DNA from: an uncultured delta proteobacterium
GTDB lineage: Bacteria; Desulfobacterota; Binatia; UBA9968
Length of the DNA: 64,000 nucleotides
Reading direction: 5' to 3'
Assembly: GCA_963755715.1 (NCBI GenBank)
Contig: CAVWLW010000050.1
Location: 64,001 to 128,000 of the forward strand
Shown: positions 23,803 to 34,442 of the stretch, piece after piece
How positions within the stretch are numbered: the first letter of the stretch is position 1
Layout of the letters: the number at the start of each line of letters is the position of its first letter
The notes under the pieces: generated by a model
The model's input: only the letters and a program-made list of their open reading frames with translations
Told to the model about the DNA's origin: nothing
The model's database searches: none
Translations under genes and position numbers: made by a program

Positions 23803-25242
23803 ATGCCTATACGTCGAGGAGAAGAATTTCTCGAAAGCCTCAGGGATGGGCGCCGCGTCTGGCTACGAGGTGAATTGGTCGAAGATGTCACCGCACATCC
23901 CAGTTTGAAAGGCTGCGCCCGAAGCGTTGCCGCGGTTTATGACCTTCAACACGTCCCAGCCCATCGGGACCTGCTGACCATGCCTTCCCCGGTTACGGCG
24001 CAGCCGGTAAGCCTGGCCTATCTTTTGCCCCATTCGGTCGAAGATCTGACCCGCCAGCGAAAGATGTATGAGTTCCTCGTGCGCCGTGCTGGAGGCGTGG
24101 CGGCTCGCCTACCCCAGCACCTGGCTACCGTCGTTTTGGGGCTGCACGACGTTCGTGACATCCTGGGCAAAGAAAATTCCGCCTTCGCGGGGAACGTTAC
24201 CCGCTACTTCGAGTACTGCCGCGAAAACGATCTGGCCATCGCCACGATTTTCAACGACCCATTTCATCACCGAAGCCATCCGCAGTCCAAGCAAGAATAC
24301 TTGAGGGTGGTCGAGAGGCGGGCCGATGGCATCGTGGTGAGAGGTGCCAAAGGAGTGGGAACGCAGGCACCCTACGCCAACGACATCCTATGCCTGACCC
24401 AGCCACGGCCTGACCTCCAGCCCGAGGAGGTGTTGTATTTCGCCGTGCCTGTGAACTCTCCAGGCCTCCAGCTCATCTGCCGGCAGCCCCTGGCACCACC
24501 CAACCCTGAGGATCATCCCTTAAGTCCGCACTGGGACGAGATGGACGCCATGGTGCTGTTCGACAACGTGTTCATACCCTGGGATCGGGTATTCTATTTG
24601 CGTCAATCCGATCCCGAAGACCCGAGTCTATACGCGCGGCTTTTCCAAGGAGCCATGGGTATTGGGCCCTGGTATGTTTTAGTGCGGATGGCGGTCAAGG
24701 CGGAGGTGTTGCTGGGCATCTGCGCGGCGATGGCCGAATATCTCGGCACCACTAAACAACCTCATGTACAGATGGCCCTGGCCGACGCCATAGTCTACCT
24801 GGAGACGATGAGGGCTTTCATCCATAGCGCTGAAACGAACCCTGTCCGCTCTCAATCGGGGCTCACCCTGCCCAACTGGATCCCGGCGCAAGCAGCCCGC
24901 ATCTTCTCGATAGAGGGCTATCCCCGGATGTTACAGATGATACGCGAACTGTGTGGCTCCGGTATCCTGATGTCGCCGAATGAAACTGATATGAATAATT
25001 CCGAGGTCGGCCACCAAATCCGGCGCTTTTTTGTGGGGGAGAACGAGCGCACGCAAGAATGCTTTCGCATGCTGAAGCTGGCGTGGGAATATGCCTGCGA
25101 CTCTTTCGGCTCCCGCCAGCTACTCTTCGAAATGTACAACGTCGCCAGCCTGGCCACCAACAAACAGAGGCTCGTGAATAGCTACGATCTGAGCCCCTTC
25201 GTCCACCTGGCTAAAGAATTGGCAGGCATTAACGAACGCTAG
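23803..25242 (+). CDS. 4-hydroxyphenylacetate 3-hydroxylase (HpaB) family flavin-dependent monooxygenase
   Basis: GEEFLESLRDGRRVW, GIVVRGAK, DEMDAMVLFDNVFIPWDRVF, FGSRQLLFE. Confidence 0.9.
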   Translation: MPIRRGEEFLESLRDGRRVWLRGELVEDVTAHPSLKGCARSVAAVYDLQHVPAHRDLLTMPSPVTAQPVSLAYLLPHSVEDLTRQRKMYEFLVRRAGGVAARLPQHLATVVLGLHDVRDILGKENSAFAGNVTRYFEYCRENDLAIATIFNDPFHHRSHPQSKQEYLRVVERRADGIVVRGAKGVGTQAPYANDILCLTQPRPDLQPEEVLYFAVPVNSPGLQLICRQPLAPPNPEDHPLSPHWDEMDAMVLFDNVFIPWDRVFYLRQSDPEDPSLYARLFQGAMGIGPWYVLVRMAVKAEVLLGICAAMAEYLGTTKQPHVQMALADAIVYLETMRAFIHSAETNPVRSQSGLTLPNWIPAQAARIFSIEGYPRMLQMIRELCGSGILMSPNETDMNNSEVGHQIRRFFVGENERTQECFRMLKLAWEYACDSFGSRQLLFEMYNVASLATNKQRLVNSYDLSPFVHLAKELAGINER

Positions 25243-25808
25243 ATTAAAAAGATTTTAGAAAACCTCTTGCCGCCTTGTCTTGACGTCATTCCGGGGTCGG
25301 ACCTCAACGCAAATTTACGGTCGGCAGGGTAAACTTATAGGAAAGTTGATTGCCCGTCTGTTCTTCAGTTGATGTCACTTCTACGCGTAAGGTTTTCCAG
25401 TCTTTTGATCCCATCTGGCAGCTTGAAATAAAAAAAGCCCGTCGCAATCTGATTGGGCTTTAGTAAGCTTTCCCGTAAAACTCAGGCTTTCAAAATGCGC
25501 TTCGATCCTTCTGTTCACTGCCGACGTATGAGCAACAGAGCCAACAATGATTGGCACTAGTGTCAAAGGTCCTGAAGCCAGTGACCAAAGCAGCGCCTTC
25601 CCCGGATACCTGCTGTCAGCGCCCTGCTTGGCTGCGCTTTGCCCGGTCATCGAGGGGCGGACCCAAGTGGTTGAACGATTGAAACAATTGGAACGACTGG
25701 AACTCTTACCTTCGGACTGTTGCCTGTTTCCTAATGGCTGTTGCCAATTCGTGGGAACTTTGAACGGTCGCTGTCTTGCAGCACAGGGTTGTGATGAACG
25801 AGGGCGAT

Positions 25809-26654
25809 CTACCGTCCAGTGTTTGCCGAGGCGTCGGGCTGCATTTGCAGGAGCACGGTCGGCTGCACGGCGTTCGGCCCGACAAACGGGCGATCGTGCG
25901 CGGTGATCAACATGATGCAAACAGCAATGGCCGTCGAGAAGACTCCCATGGCGATGGCCGCCGTCGTCCGATTGTCGACGTGGACCATCGCAATCGTCGT
26001 CAGCATGCAGATCGCCTGCACGATGAGACTCACCCACTTGACTGGATTCACCTCCGACTGACTGATCAGGATCCGTTGGCGGCGGGCTTCGAGCGCGTTC
26101 TCGAGCGAGGCGACGATCGCCCGTTGCGCGGCCGCTTGTCCCTCACCTTGCACCGGCAAGGCGAGAGTGATTTGCATCGCTTGCGCCAATGAGGCTGGGA
26201 TTATCGTGATCGTCGCGCGGCCGCTGGCCATCGCAGGCCACTCAGCGGTCTGTGCCTCGTGAATATGCTGACGGACCAATCCACGCAGATGAGCCGCCTT
26301 TCCCGGAAAGCTCTCGGACAGAATTACGACGTCTCTGAGCGCGCTGGCTTCCCGGTTGACCTCGATATGCGCCCGATCCTGGTCGCGCCACGCCTGCGAC
26401 GCAAGAAACGCAACGAGCAACCCGAACATGATGCCGAGCGGAGACAGCAACGCTGGTGAGACCGCTTTGAACACGTTCGCGCGCTGGCCGACGGCGAGCG
26501 AATGGACAACGAGAAGAATAACGGCCGCGCTCAAAAACGTGCCCCCGAAGATTAGGATCGCCATCCAGCCTAACGGCAGGCCATGAATCCAATCGCTTAT
26601 GTCGGTCCTCCTTTCCGGGGACGACGAGGTGGCGGAGTTACATTCGGCCGACAC
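25809..26654 (-). CDS. DUF4239-like (bestrophin-like) membrane protein
   Basis: Four hydrophobic segments; FGLLVAF...W...EASAL, ARRQRI, DRPF.G motifs. The start is uncertain. Confidence 0.7.
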   Translation of the reverse strand: MSAECNSATSSSPERRTDISDWIHGLPLGWMAILIFGGTFLSAAVILLVVHSLAVGQRANVFKAVSPALLSPLGIMFGLLVAFLASQAWRDQDRAHIEVNREASALRDVVILSESFPGKAAHLRGLVRQHIHEAQTAEWPAMASGRATITIIPASLAQAMQITLALPVQGEGQAAAQRAIVASLENALEARRQRILISQSEVNPVKWVSLIVQAICMLTTIAMVHVDNRTTAAIAMGVFSTAIAVCIMLITAHDRPFVGPNAVQPTVLLQMQPDASANTGR

Positions 26655-27480
26655 CTGACGTCGTCGAAAAGGCAGAACGCAAAGAGCATAGCGCCTGCAA
26701 GAGAGAATATGTTTTTCTTCATTGCGTCCCTGTCACCATCGCTGTGCCTATTTTGTACCTGAATTTGGGCAGAACATACACCTTCCATTGCCGAAAAAAA
26801 AAGCCAAGCGACCCTCGGAATGGTTGGATTTTCTTTTTGATGTTTGGTTCTGGTCCGCGCTGATCTGAGAGGCTGATCTAAGAGCTTGTAAACTCTGCCA
26901 TCGGAGGTACCCTGCGCGCCATGGATCTCAAAGACACCGTCACGCAATTCACCGCGCAGGTCGAGCGATTCGTCACGCATCCCGCACGCCGCTGGCTTTG
27001 ACGGCAATCTGATTTTGACGTTCTCAATAAACCCCACGTTTCCGAGCGTTCTGCCAGTCCGTTCTCCAAACCTCGCACTACCCGTCGGATTTTCAAGCCA
27101 CTGGAACCACTGAAACGATTGGAACACATGGAACCGCTCTTCGGGTGTAGAACGTTTTGAACGGACCCCGGACTAGATCCGGGGAATTGACGGCTTGAAC
27201 GATTTGGACAAATCCTATTTACGTTGAACTTTTGAACCGTTGAACGCGTCTTTTCTTACCACGCCTCACCCTTCACCCCTCACTCCTCACGCTGACTTTG
27301 ATCTACTGTTGCCTGTTGCCTCGTGCCTTATGCCTATTTACGATGTGATTGACACCTTCTCCCGTCGGCGATATTTCTTTCGCAAGAGATTGAGAGTGTT
27401 TCAAATTTCTGATACCGAACTCGGTGGATACTCGGAGAATCGAACATAGCGCTGATTCGTACCGTCCTTCGAGCCAGTGG

Positions 27481-27674
27481 CCTAACCGGTTGTTGAAAAA
27501 CCTGATTTCAGGCTGTTCAAAAAGGTCCAGATGCGAGGCGCGCATAGACCGTGATCGTGTCCGTGAAACGTGACCGAGAAGACCGCACGAGCACGACCAC
27601 GCTACACGAACACGAATTCAAGCGAGGCGATCGAGCGCAACGAAGCAGGTGGGCCTTTTTCAACAGCCTGCTAG
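27481..27674. repeat. MITE/REP-like inverted-repeat element
   Basis: AGGCTGTTCAAAAAG (27510) ... CTTTTTCAACAGCCT (27655-27669) terminal inverted repeats. Confidence 0.55.
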
Positions 27675-27699
27675 CGCTCGCGCTTTACGGAGGAGACCC

Positions 27700-28272
27700 A
27701 TGTCATTGCTGACACTGCAAATGCCGGCCCTTCCCGACCCGGTCAAAGTCGTCCTCCAACCCGCGACGACGGCGTTGTTGGTGTTCGACATGATCGATCG
27801 TATCTGCAAAAGCCAGCCGAATTGCACCGGGGTCATGGTGCCGGCCCTCGCCTCGCTGCTGGCGCGGGCACGAAAAGCCGGCGTGTTCGTCCTGTACTCT
27901 ACTCGGGAGCCGGAGAGCTCGAAGTGGATGCCGGAGGTCGCTCCCGCTCCCGGCGACCCGATCGTCAAGTCGTATGCTCAGGACCGATTCTACAGCACGG
28001 ATCTCGACAAAACGCTGAAGGCCAAGGGGATCACGACGCTGATTCTCACCGGCTGGAAGGTCAGCGGCTCAGTGGTCTATACATCGGTCGGAGCGACACT
28101 GCGGGGGTACACCGTGGTCGTGCCCACGGACGCCAGCTTAGCCGCAACGGACTACGAAGTGGCGATCGGCCAATTCCAAATATTGAATCAGAATAGCGCG
28201 AACGCCACGAACGAACCGCTGAAGGCAAACGCCTCAACCCTGAGCCGTGCGGATATGATCGTCTTTCAGTAG
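27700..28272 (+). CDS. isochorismatase/cysteine hydrolase family protein (divergent active site)
   Basis: TALLVFDM, DRFYSTDLDKTLK.KGITTLILTG; GSV replaces the usual xCV. Confidence 0.8.
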   Translation: MSLLTLQMPALPDPVKVVLQPATTALLVFDMIDRICKSQPNCTGVMVPALASLLARARKAGVFVLYSTREPESSKWMPEVAPAPGDPIVKSYAQDRFYSTDLDKTLKAKGITTLILTGWKVSGSVVYTSVGATLRGYTVVVPTDASLAATDYEVAIGQFQILNQNSANATNEPLKANASTLSRADMIVFQ

Positions 28273-28333
28273 AAAAGGCGGCTTCGTGATATATTGTCGT
28301 AAATATTTTCGTAAATATTTCGGTCGGACCAAG

Positions 28334-28651
28334 CTATATCGTTGCTTCATCAACGATTTCATTCCAAAAGAACGTGTTTTGAGACCTTAGAGCCTCACTT
28401 TCGCCGGTGAAATTGCTGGAGTAAGCTTCGGCGGGCTCGCGCAGTGCGTAAGTTCCATCGGTTTCGATCACGTCGCGATGGGCAGCTTTGAAGCCAAGCT
28501 CGCTTTTCACCTCGTCAATAAACGCCAAGCTTCCAACCGCGATCGATTCGGACCAGCGATCATCACGAACCGCCAAGCCGTTCCCCAGCCCTTGCTCGAT
28601 CCATTGGTGGTGAGCACTTTGAAAATCTCCAAAATCCGGAAATCCGCTCAA
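28334..28651 (-). pseudogene. RAYT-type transposase C-terminal relic
   Basis: RDDRWSESIAVGSLAFIDEVK...YALREP; TTGGTCCGACC follows the stop and AAAAGTAGCCTGTCCCC lies at the other edge. Confidence 0.7.
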
Positions 28652-28814
28652 CTTACAATGAAAAGAAAAAGTAGCCTGTCCCCTTTTCTCGTTCCAGTGC
28701 GACAGCGGCGAACCGCATCCTTGAGGCCGGGCGCCGGCTGGCTTATAGTCTGCGGAGAAACCGAATTCTCGTCATGCCGGCAGAGAGGACACCGTGAGCT
28801 ACGGCGAAGCGGAG

Positions 28815-29250
28815 ATGTACTTAGTCGTGGGCCTCGCTGTAATCCTTGGCCTGATTGCGCTCCGCGTCGCGCCGGCGAGTCCCGAGGTTGTCGGCCTATC
28901 TCATGCAAATCGAAAAGCGGATTATGGCGGGCTGGCGTCTGCCGCCGCAGTCGGAGGGGCGCAAGATTACGCTGCGCATGAAGCTCAGTCCGGGCGGATA
29001 TACTTCGGAGGTGCGCGTCGAAAATTCCTCCGGCGATGAAAAATTCGACGCATCGGCGTCGAGGCGGTGCGACGCGCGTCGCCATTTCCGCCGGTGCCGC
29101 TATCGATGGAAAATCTGATCGGCGATCTGCGCATGGTGCTTGACCCGACGCGGCCGAAGCGATGGCGAGTATTCTTAAAGAGCCTTCGCCCCTATTGCCC
29201 GCGCCGCGAGCGCCCGCGAAACCCGCCAAGCCGCCGCCGAAAAGGATTCC
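28815..29250 (+). pseudogene. TonB/TolA C-terminal domain protein, frameshifted
   Basis: TM, then YL..I..RI...W..P...SSGDEKFDASA...RASPFPPVP. Confidence 0.65.
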
Positions 29251-29252
29251 AG

Positions 29253-29855
29253 GTGAACAAATCTAAAATGCTCCGGCTTTTGAGTTCTCCAGTACTCCTG
29301 CTGGTGGTCGGTTGCTCTACCCATGTCGCCTCACTCAGATATAAACCAACTGAGAAGCTTGTGGTCCGCGCCAAACGCATTCAGCCCGTCACGATAGGGA
29401 ACTTCGCAGATAATCGGGGCACCGATCCATATTTGCTTGGCGCAATCCGTAGCGGGGTTGGTATCGACCTTAAAAAAATATTGGCCGACAGACCTGTAAG
29501 CGAGCTGGTCCGGGCTGCGTTCGTCGAGGCACTCGCAGCGAGAAAAATCACCGAAGCTACGGCCACATCGCGAGTAGCGATCGAAGGGACCATCGTCAAG
29601 TTAGACTGCAGCTACCTTTTCAATCGTGAAGCACACGTCCAGCTGCAGGTTAACGTTCTGTCCCTGCCCGCGCGGACCGTTATTTTTTCTAAATTTTACG
29701 GAACCGACAACGAAGAAGGTGGCAGGGGGGCAGGCATTCTCGGCGACACAGATCACCTTACACAGTTGCAGCAAAAAACGCTCAATCAGACCCTAGACAA
29801 GGTGATGATCGACCCTGCGTTTCTCGCGGTGCTCACGAAACCGCCGATCGACTGA
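29253..29855 (+). CDS. lipoprotein (YajG-like)
   Basis: Lipobox LLVVGC; VTIGNFADNR...LGAIRSG. Confidence 0.7.
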   Translation: MNKSKMLRLLSSPVLLLVVGCSTHVASLRYKPTEKLVVRAKRIQPVTIGNFADNRGTDPYLLGAIRSGVGIDLKKILADRPVSELVRAAFVEALAARKITEATATSRVAIEGTIVKLDCSYLFNREAHVQLQVNVLSLPARTVIFSKFYGTDNEEGGRGAGILGDTDHLTQLQQKTLNQTLDKVMIDPAFLAVLTKPPID

Positions 29856-29902
29856 GCAGCACAGAGGAAATAGAGGGTCCTTGGTAGCTGGGTCGGACCC
29901 GC

Positions 29903-30100
29903 CTATGTCCTCGCATCTTCGAAGCTTTCATTCCAGAAGACAGCGGATTTGAAGCCATAGACCTCGCTCTCTTCGCGTAACACATGCGTTTCCTCAAACT
30001 GCTCGACTTCACGATGCATCGCTTTGCTGTCGAGCTCGCCTTTGATCGTCTCAGCAAAGCCAAGCTGCCAACCGCGATCGCTTCGGAGCAACGCTTCACG
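29903..30100 (-). pseudogene. RAYT-type transposase C-terminal relic
   Basis: SEAIAVGSL...HREV...VLREESEVY...FWNE*, paralogous to 28334-28651 and followed by GGTCCGACC. Confidence 0.7.
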
Positions 30101-30330
30101 TTGAACATTGAACCTTGAACTTTGAACGACCGTTTATCTGAAACGTCTTGAACGGAGCGTATCCTTCGACCAGCTCAGAGCCCGTCCTGAGTTTTATCGA
30201 AGGAAAGAGCGGAAGATCGAGCCGGTCATGGTGAGCCTACCGAACCATTAAACGACTGGAACGTTTGGAACCGTTGGAACGTCTGGAACTCCCGTAAACG
30301 ATTTGAACGGTTTGAACGATTGGAACGGGC
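30100..30330. repeat. composite intergenic repeat: GAAC-core 7/9-bp tandem units plus CCTTCGA...TCGAAGG hairpin
   Basis: Related copies at ~20060-20125, 25670-25770, 27100-27250, 47705-47935, 56186-56352 and 61115-61230. Confidence 0.7.
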
Positions 30331-30542
30331 TACGGTATTCGTTGGCACGGACCATGTTGAGATCCATGTAGATCAGACAGCGATGCAGGTGCTCGTCGGT
30401 CTCAATGGCAGTGGCATGATATTAAGTCAATAACTTAACTCATGCCTGACCCCAATTCTGCGATCTTCCTCTAACTCGTCCCGCCTCGAGGGATTCCGAG
30501 TTGCCAAAGTCCGGGCACCGAACGTAATGTCAGTCCTTCACG

Positions 30543-31416
30543 ATTTGCCAATCGTTCACGGCGTCCCGATCAAGCCGTTGGATTGGATGTTAAAGCCGTT
30601 CATCAACCATATCGCAACCGCCCCGGAAATCTGTCGCCACAGGATATCGCTCTTGCCGTCACCGTTGAAGTCACCGGTGCCGGCGATTTGCCAATCGTTT
30701 CCCGGCGTCCCGACCAAGCCGTTGGCTTGGATGTTAAAGCCGTTCATCAACCATATCGCAACCGCCCCGGAAATCTGTCGCCACAGGATATCGCTCTTGC
30801 CGTCACCGTTGAAGTCACCGGTGCCGGCGATTTGCCATTCGTTTCCCGGCGTCCCGACCAAGCCGTTGGCTTGGATGTTAAAGCCGTTCATCAACCATAT
30901 CGCAACCGCCCCGGAAATGTGTCGCCACAGGATATCGCTCTTGCCGTCACCGTTGAAGTCACCGGTGCCGGCGATTTGCCATTCGTTTCCCGGCGTCCCG
31001 ACCAAGCCGTTGGCTTGGATGTTAAAGCCGTTCATCAACCATATCGCAACCGCCCCGGAAATCTGTCGCCACAGGATATCGCTCTTGCCGTCACCGTTGA
31101 AGTCACCGGTGCCGGCGATTTGCCAACCGTTTCCCGGCGTCCCGACCAAGGCGTTGGATTGGATGTTAAAGCCGTTCATCAACCATATCGCAACCGCCCC
31201 GGAAATGTGTCGCCACAGGATATCGCTCTTGCCGTCACCGTTGAAGTCACCGGTGCCGGCGATTTGCCAACCGTTTCCCGGCGTCCCGACCAAGGCGTTG
31301 GATTGGATGTTAAAGCCGTTCATCAACCATATCGCAACCGCCCCGGAAATGTGTCGCCACAGGATATCGCTCTTGCCGTCACCGTTGAAGTCACCGGTGC
31401 CGGCGATTTGCCAATC
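30543..31416. repeat. six near-identical 144-bp coding tandem repeats
   Basis: GATTTGCCA recurs at 30685, 30829 and onward with period 144 nt (48 aa). Confidence 0.9.
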
Positions 31417-33168
31417 GCTCTCCGCTGTCCCCAAGTCAAGCGCCGCGCCGGTGGCCCAGTTACCTGAGGTTGCGCCGGTGATAAGCTGATTGAAGCCCCA
31501 GGCGGCCGCCGTGCTTGACGGGTCGATTTGGGTCGCCGAATAATCTCCCCAGCGACATGAAGCACTGGTCTTTTCGTTGGATACTGTGTTGCACGGGACA
31601 AAGCGAACGCCATCAAACTCCACGGTGAACTGAGTTGCCGACGTTGCGACAACGTCAAAAGTATACCCCGCGCTCGATGAGTTCGGACCGCGGAACATGA
31701 GCATGGCTGCATTGCCGGTCGGAGCTCCCTGCGATGGCCACGTGCGCGTCGCTGTGACGAACGCATCTGCGGCGTTGGTCGCAACCGACGGATTGAACAC
31801 GTTATCGTCAGACGCAGTAAACAGATCTATTGTGAACAGCGGAGCCGTGCCCGTCGTCGAGAACTGGTAGAGCCGAGCCACAGCACGGCCATTGTTCACG
31901 GCGTGGACGTTCCATAGGGACGTTCCGTTCTGAATGCTGGCGGATTGGAAGCGACCATCCAGAGTGTCGAGCCTCTGACCGTTGGGTTGTGCAGCATCCG
32001 GCGCAGCCGTCCATGCCGTGACCGTGATCGGCGATGTGGTGCTCAACGTATCGGAACCGACACTGGCGCCCTCAGTGAGCTGATACCGCGTGATCGAGTT
32101 GCCGGAGCCCGAGCCCGGCGAGAGGAAGTACGGCGTCGTGCTGGAATCCTGGACGAGCGGAGGCGCGATATTAAACACCAAGTCGTTGAAGCATATGGCG
32201 CTAGGTGCTGTGCCGACGAGTGATGGCGCCTTATCGATCGAAATGATCGCCCCCCTCACCGTGGTGATGCCGAAATCGTTCGCCGTGATGAACCAGCGCG
32301 CGCTGCTATATCCGGCGCTTGGATAGTCCCAGGAGCGGTTGGCTGCTTGTTTGCAAAAAAATGAGCCTCCTTGGCTGAGAAAGAAACGATACTGGAACCA
32401 CGTGGTACCAGTGTTGTCGGTGGAAACGGCGAAGTATTGGAACTGATCAGCGTTGGTGCTGTCGTCCGAGTCCGCCGATACAAAGAAGCGGTCCACCGCG
32501 GGATCGTAGAGCACACGCGGATCGAACAATGTCTGGGTTGCCGGAATCGAAAAAGCATTGAAAAAGGTCTTCAGCGATACTTTGCTGACCAGCGCGCAGT
32601 TTGTCTTGTTGTAAACGCCGACCTCGACGTTCGTCACCGTAACGATGTTGGCTGGGCCGGCCGCACCGTGAATGTCGGACGGCAAAAACCCCACCGCCGA
32701 GTTCGTCTGACAACTGGGCGGGACAGTTGGCGATTCCGACGGCGGCGGCTGCGGCGCACTTGTGAACGGGCCTTGCCGTTGTGCGGGCGCAACAGGCTGG
32801 TTCGTCTTGATCTGCCCCAGCGCGTCATCACCGATCGGGATTCGCCTGTGAATCGCTCTCGGGGACACATCCTGTTCGGACATGAGCATGTCTTCGGACA
32901 TGATCATGCCCAGGGGCATCTGGTAGGTCCCGCCGCCGATTGCTGTCTGGATCTGGACTTGAGCTTGCGCAGCACCCGATGGGCCGATGAGTACGAAGCC
33001 TGAGGCTAGTCCAACGAGACGGACCAGCCAGAGGGCGATCCACCTTACGCTTCGGCTTGATGCTCTTTGAAAACTATAGTTGGCCACGTCACAACTCTGG
33101 AGTTCACAAGCACATAATCCAAGCTCGTGGCCCAGGTCAAACAGTCCTGACTCAGCCTGACCGTGCAC
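30556..33168 (-). CDS. secreted/surface protein with six FG-GAP (VCBS-like) repeats
   Basis: Hydrophobic signal-like segment ending AQA, so the true start is probably downstream of 33168. N-domain has FDPRVLYD, WDYP, RWGDYS; C-terminus has 6 x WQIAGTGDFNGDGKSDILWR. Confidence 0.85.
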   Translation of the reverse strand: MHGQAESGLFDLGHELGLCACELQSCDVANYSFQRASSRSVRWIALWLVRLVGLASGFVLIGPSGAAQAQVQIQTAIGGGTYQMPLGMIMSEDMLMSEQDVSPRAIHRRIPIGDDALGQIKTNQPVAPAQRQGPFTSAPQPPPSESPTVPPSCQTNSAVGFLPSDIHGAAGPANIVTVTNVEVGVYNKTNCALVSKVSLKTFFNAFSIPATQTLFDPRVLYDPAVDRFFVSADSDDSTNADQFQYFAVSTDNTGTTWFQYRFFLSQGGSFFCKQAANRSWDYPSAGYSSARWFITANDFGITTVRGAIISIDKAPSLVGTAPSAICFNDLVFNIAPPLVQDSSTTPYFLSPGSGSGNSITRYQLTEGASVGSDTLSTTSPITVTAWTAAPDAAQPNGQRLDTLDGRFQSASIQNGTSLWNVHAVNNGRAVARLYQFSTTGTAPLFTIDLFTASDDNVFNPSVATNAADAFVTATRTWPSQGAPTGNAAMLMFRGPNSSSAGYTFDVVATSATQFTVEFDGVRFVPCNTVSNEKTSASCRWGDYSATQIDPSSTAAAWGFNQLITGATSGNWATGAALDLGTAESDWQIAGTGDFNGDGKSDILWRHISGAVAIWLMNGFNIQSNALVGTPGNGWQIAGTGDFNGDGKSDILWRHISGAVAIWLMNGFNIQSNALVGTPGNGWQIAGTGDFNGDGKSDILWRQISGAVAIWLMNGFNIQANGLVGTPGNEWQIAGTGDFNGDGKSDILWRHISGAVAIWLMNGFNIQANGLVGTPGNEWQIAGTGDFNGDGKSDILWRQISGAVAIWLMNGFNIQANGLVGTPGNDWQIAGTGDFNGDGKSDILWRQISGAVAIWLMNGFNIQSNGLIGTP

Positions 33169-33283
33169 TGCGGAGGCGGTGAAGCTAGCCGGGCTAACGG
33201 TTGCTTTTTCTTCCAGACTCTAAAACACCGAGTCCGATTTACGTGAACTTTAAACCTTGAACCTTGAATGGGCGCAAGCCATT

Positions 33284-34246
33284 TTACTCCGGCATCACCT
33301 GTTGGACTCGCTCGGGCTCATCGCCGAGCCACGTCGGATTGGATGCGGTGCCGTCGAAAATCGACGTCGTCTTAAACAGCTCGAATTCGCCGCGCGCAGC
33401 CGCTTTCGCCGTTTTCGTCAGCAACGATTTCACTTGGGTTTTGCCCATCGGTCGAAAAGTGCGCGCCGCGTCGAATGCCTGATCGAGAATCTCCATGCTA
33501 TCGACACCGGTGATGACCACCGACGTCGGTAAGTTTAGGGCATAGTGGAGACACTCTATCGCAGTTACGGTCTTCGACTTCAGAATAAGTCCGTTAGCCA
33601 TGCTTTTCATGCCGAGCACGCCGATTTTTTGCTTCACGAGCTCGGGCAGAACCAGTTTTTCAAAGCTCCGGTAGTGCGCGTCCATGACGTTGAGCGGCAT
33701 CTGCACCGTATCGAACTTGAACCGCTGCTGCTTTGCCACCTCGAGCATATAGAGGTGAATGCGCGGGTCCTTGTGGCCGGTGAAGCCGATGTAGCGGAGC
33801 TTTCCCGCTTTACGCGCCTCGATGAGCGCAGCGTGGGCGCCGTCGTCGTCGAAGATGCGGTGCGGATCCTCGTAGCGCAGGATCTCGTGGTGCTGGACCA
33901 GGTCAATGCAGTCGGTCTGCAGGCGACGCAACGACTCTTCGATTTGCCTCGCTGCTTCTTTTTTCGAGCGCCCGTCGATCTTGGTCATCAAGAATACTTT
34001 GCTCCGATAGCCGTCGCGGAGCGCTTTGCCCATGCGGATCTCGCTGGCGCCGTCATTGTAGTCCCAGCAGTTGTCCATGAAGTTGATGCCGCGATGAATC
34101 GCATCGCGAACGATACGGATACTCAGCGGTTCATCCACCTTTTTGAGGCCGAGGTGCCAGCCTCCAAGACCGATGGCGGATACCCGTTCTTTGGTGCTGC
34201 CGAGGACTCGGTACGGCATTTCAGCGTGCCCTGTGTTTGTCGCCAT
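33284..34246 (-). CDS. aldo/keto reductase
   Basis: VSAIGLGG, DNCWDY, TKID, SLRRLQTDCIDLVQHH, GKLRYIGFTGH; AGGAGGAG RBS. Confidence 0.92.
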   Translation of the reverse strand: MATNTGHAEMPYRVLGSTKERVSAIGLGGWHLGLKKVDEPLSIRIVRDAIHRGINFMDNCWDYNDGASEIRMGKALRDGYRSKVFLMTKIDGRSKKEAARQIEESLRRLQTDCIDLVQHHEILRYEDPHRIFDDDGAHAALIEARKAGKLRYIGFTGHKDPRIHLYMLEVAKQQRFKFDTVQMPLNVMDAHYRSFEKLVLPELVKQKIGVLGMKSMANGLILKSKTVTAIECLHYALNLPTSVVITGVDSMEILDQAFDAARTFRPMGKTQVKSLLTKTAKAAARGEFELFKTTSIFDGTASNPTWLGDEPERVQQVMPE

Positions 34247-34442
34247 GGTCTCCTCCTTTTGAATTGCCTGCCGTGGTTTTTTGGTTTGCTGCATGCTGGA
34301 TAGATACGCGATGCGTATCATCTAAGTATTTCACCTCTTTTGTTGCCTGCAAGATGGGTTGCGGCCGGAGGGCGTGAAGAAGTCGGGGTATCCCGACTGT
34401 AAAAATTTTAGTGAAAGGGCCGGAGCTTGCGATACGACAGAG

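Noticed and set aside
30248-30330. GAAC-ending short repeats as a degenerate CRISPR array
   Set aside because: The period is 7-9 bp with no 30-40 nt spacers. Kept as a separate repeat family.
30543-31416. Tandem array as a CRISPR
   Set aside because: The 144-bp units have no unique spacers, encode in-frame FG-GAP repeats, and no cas genes are present.
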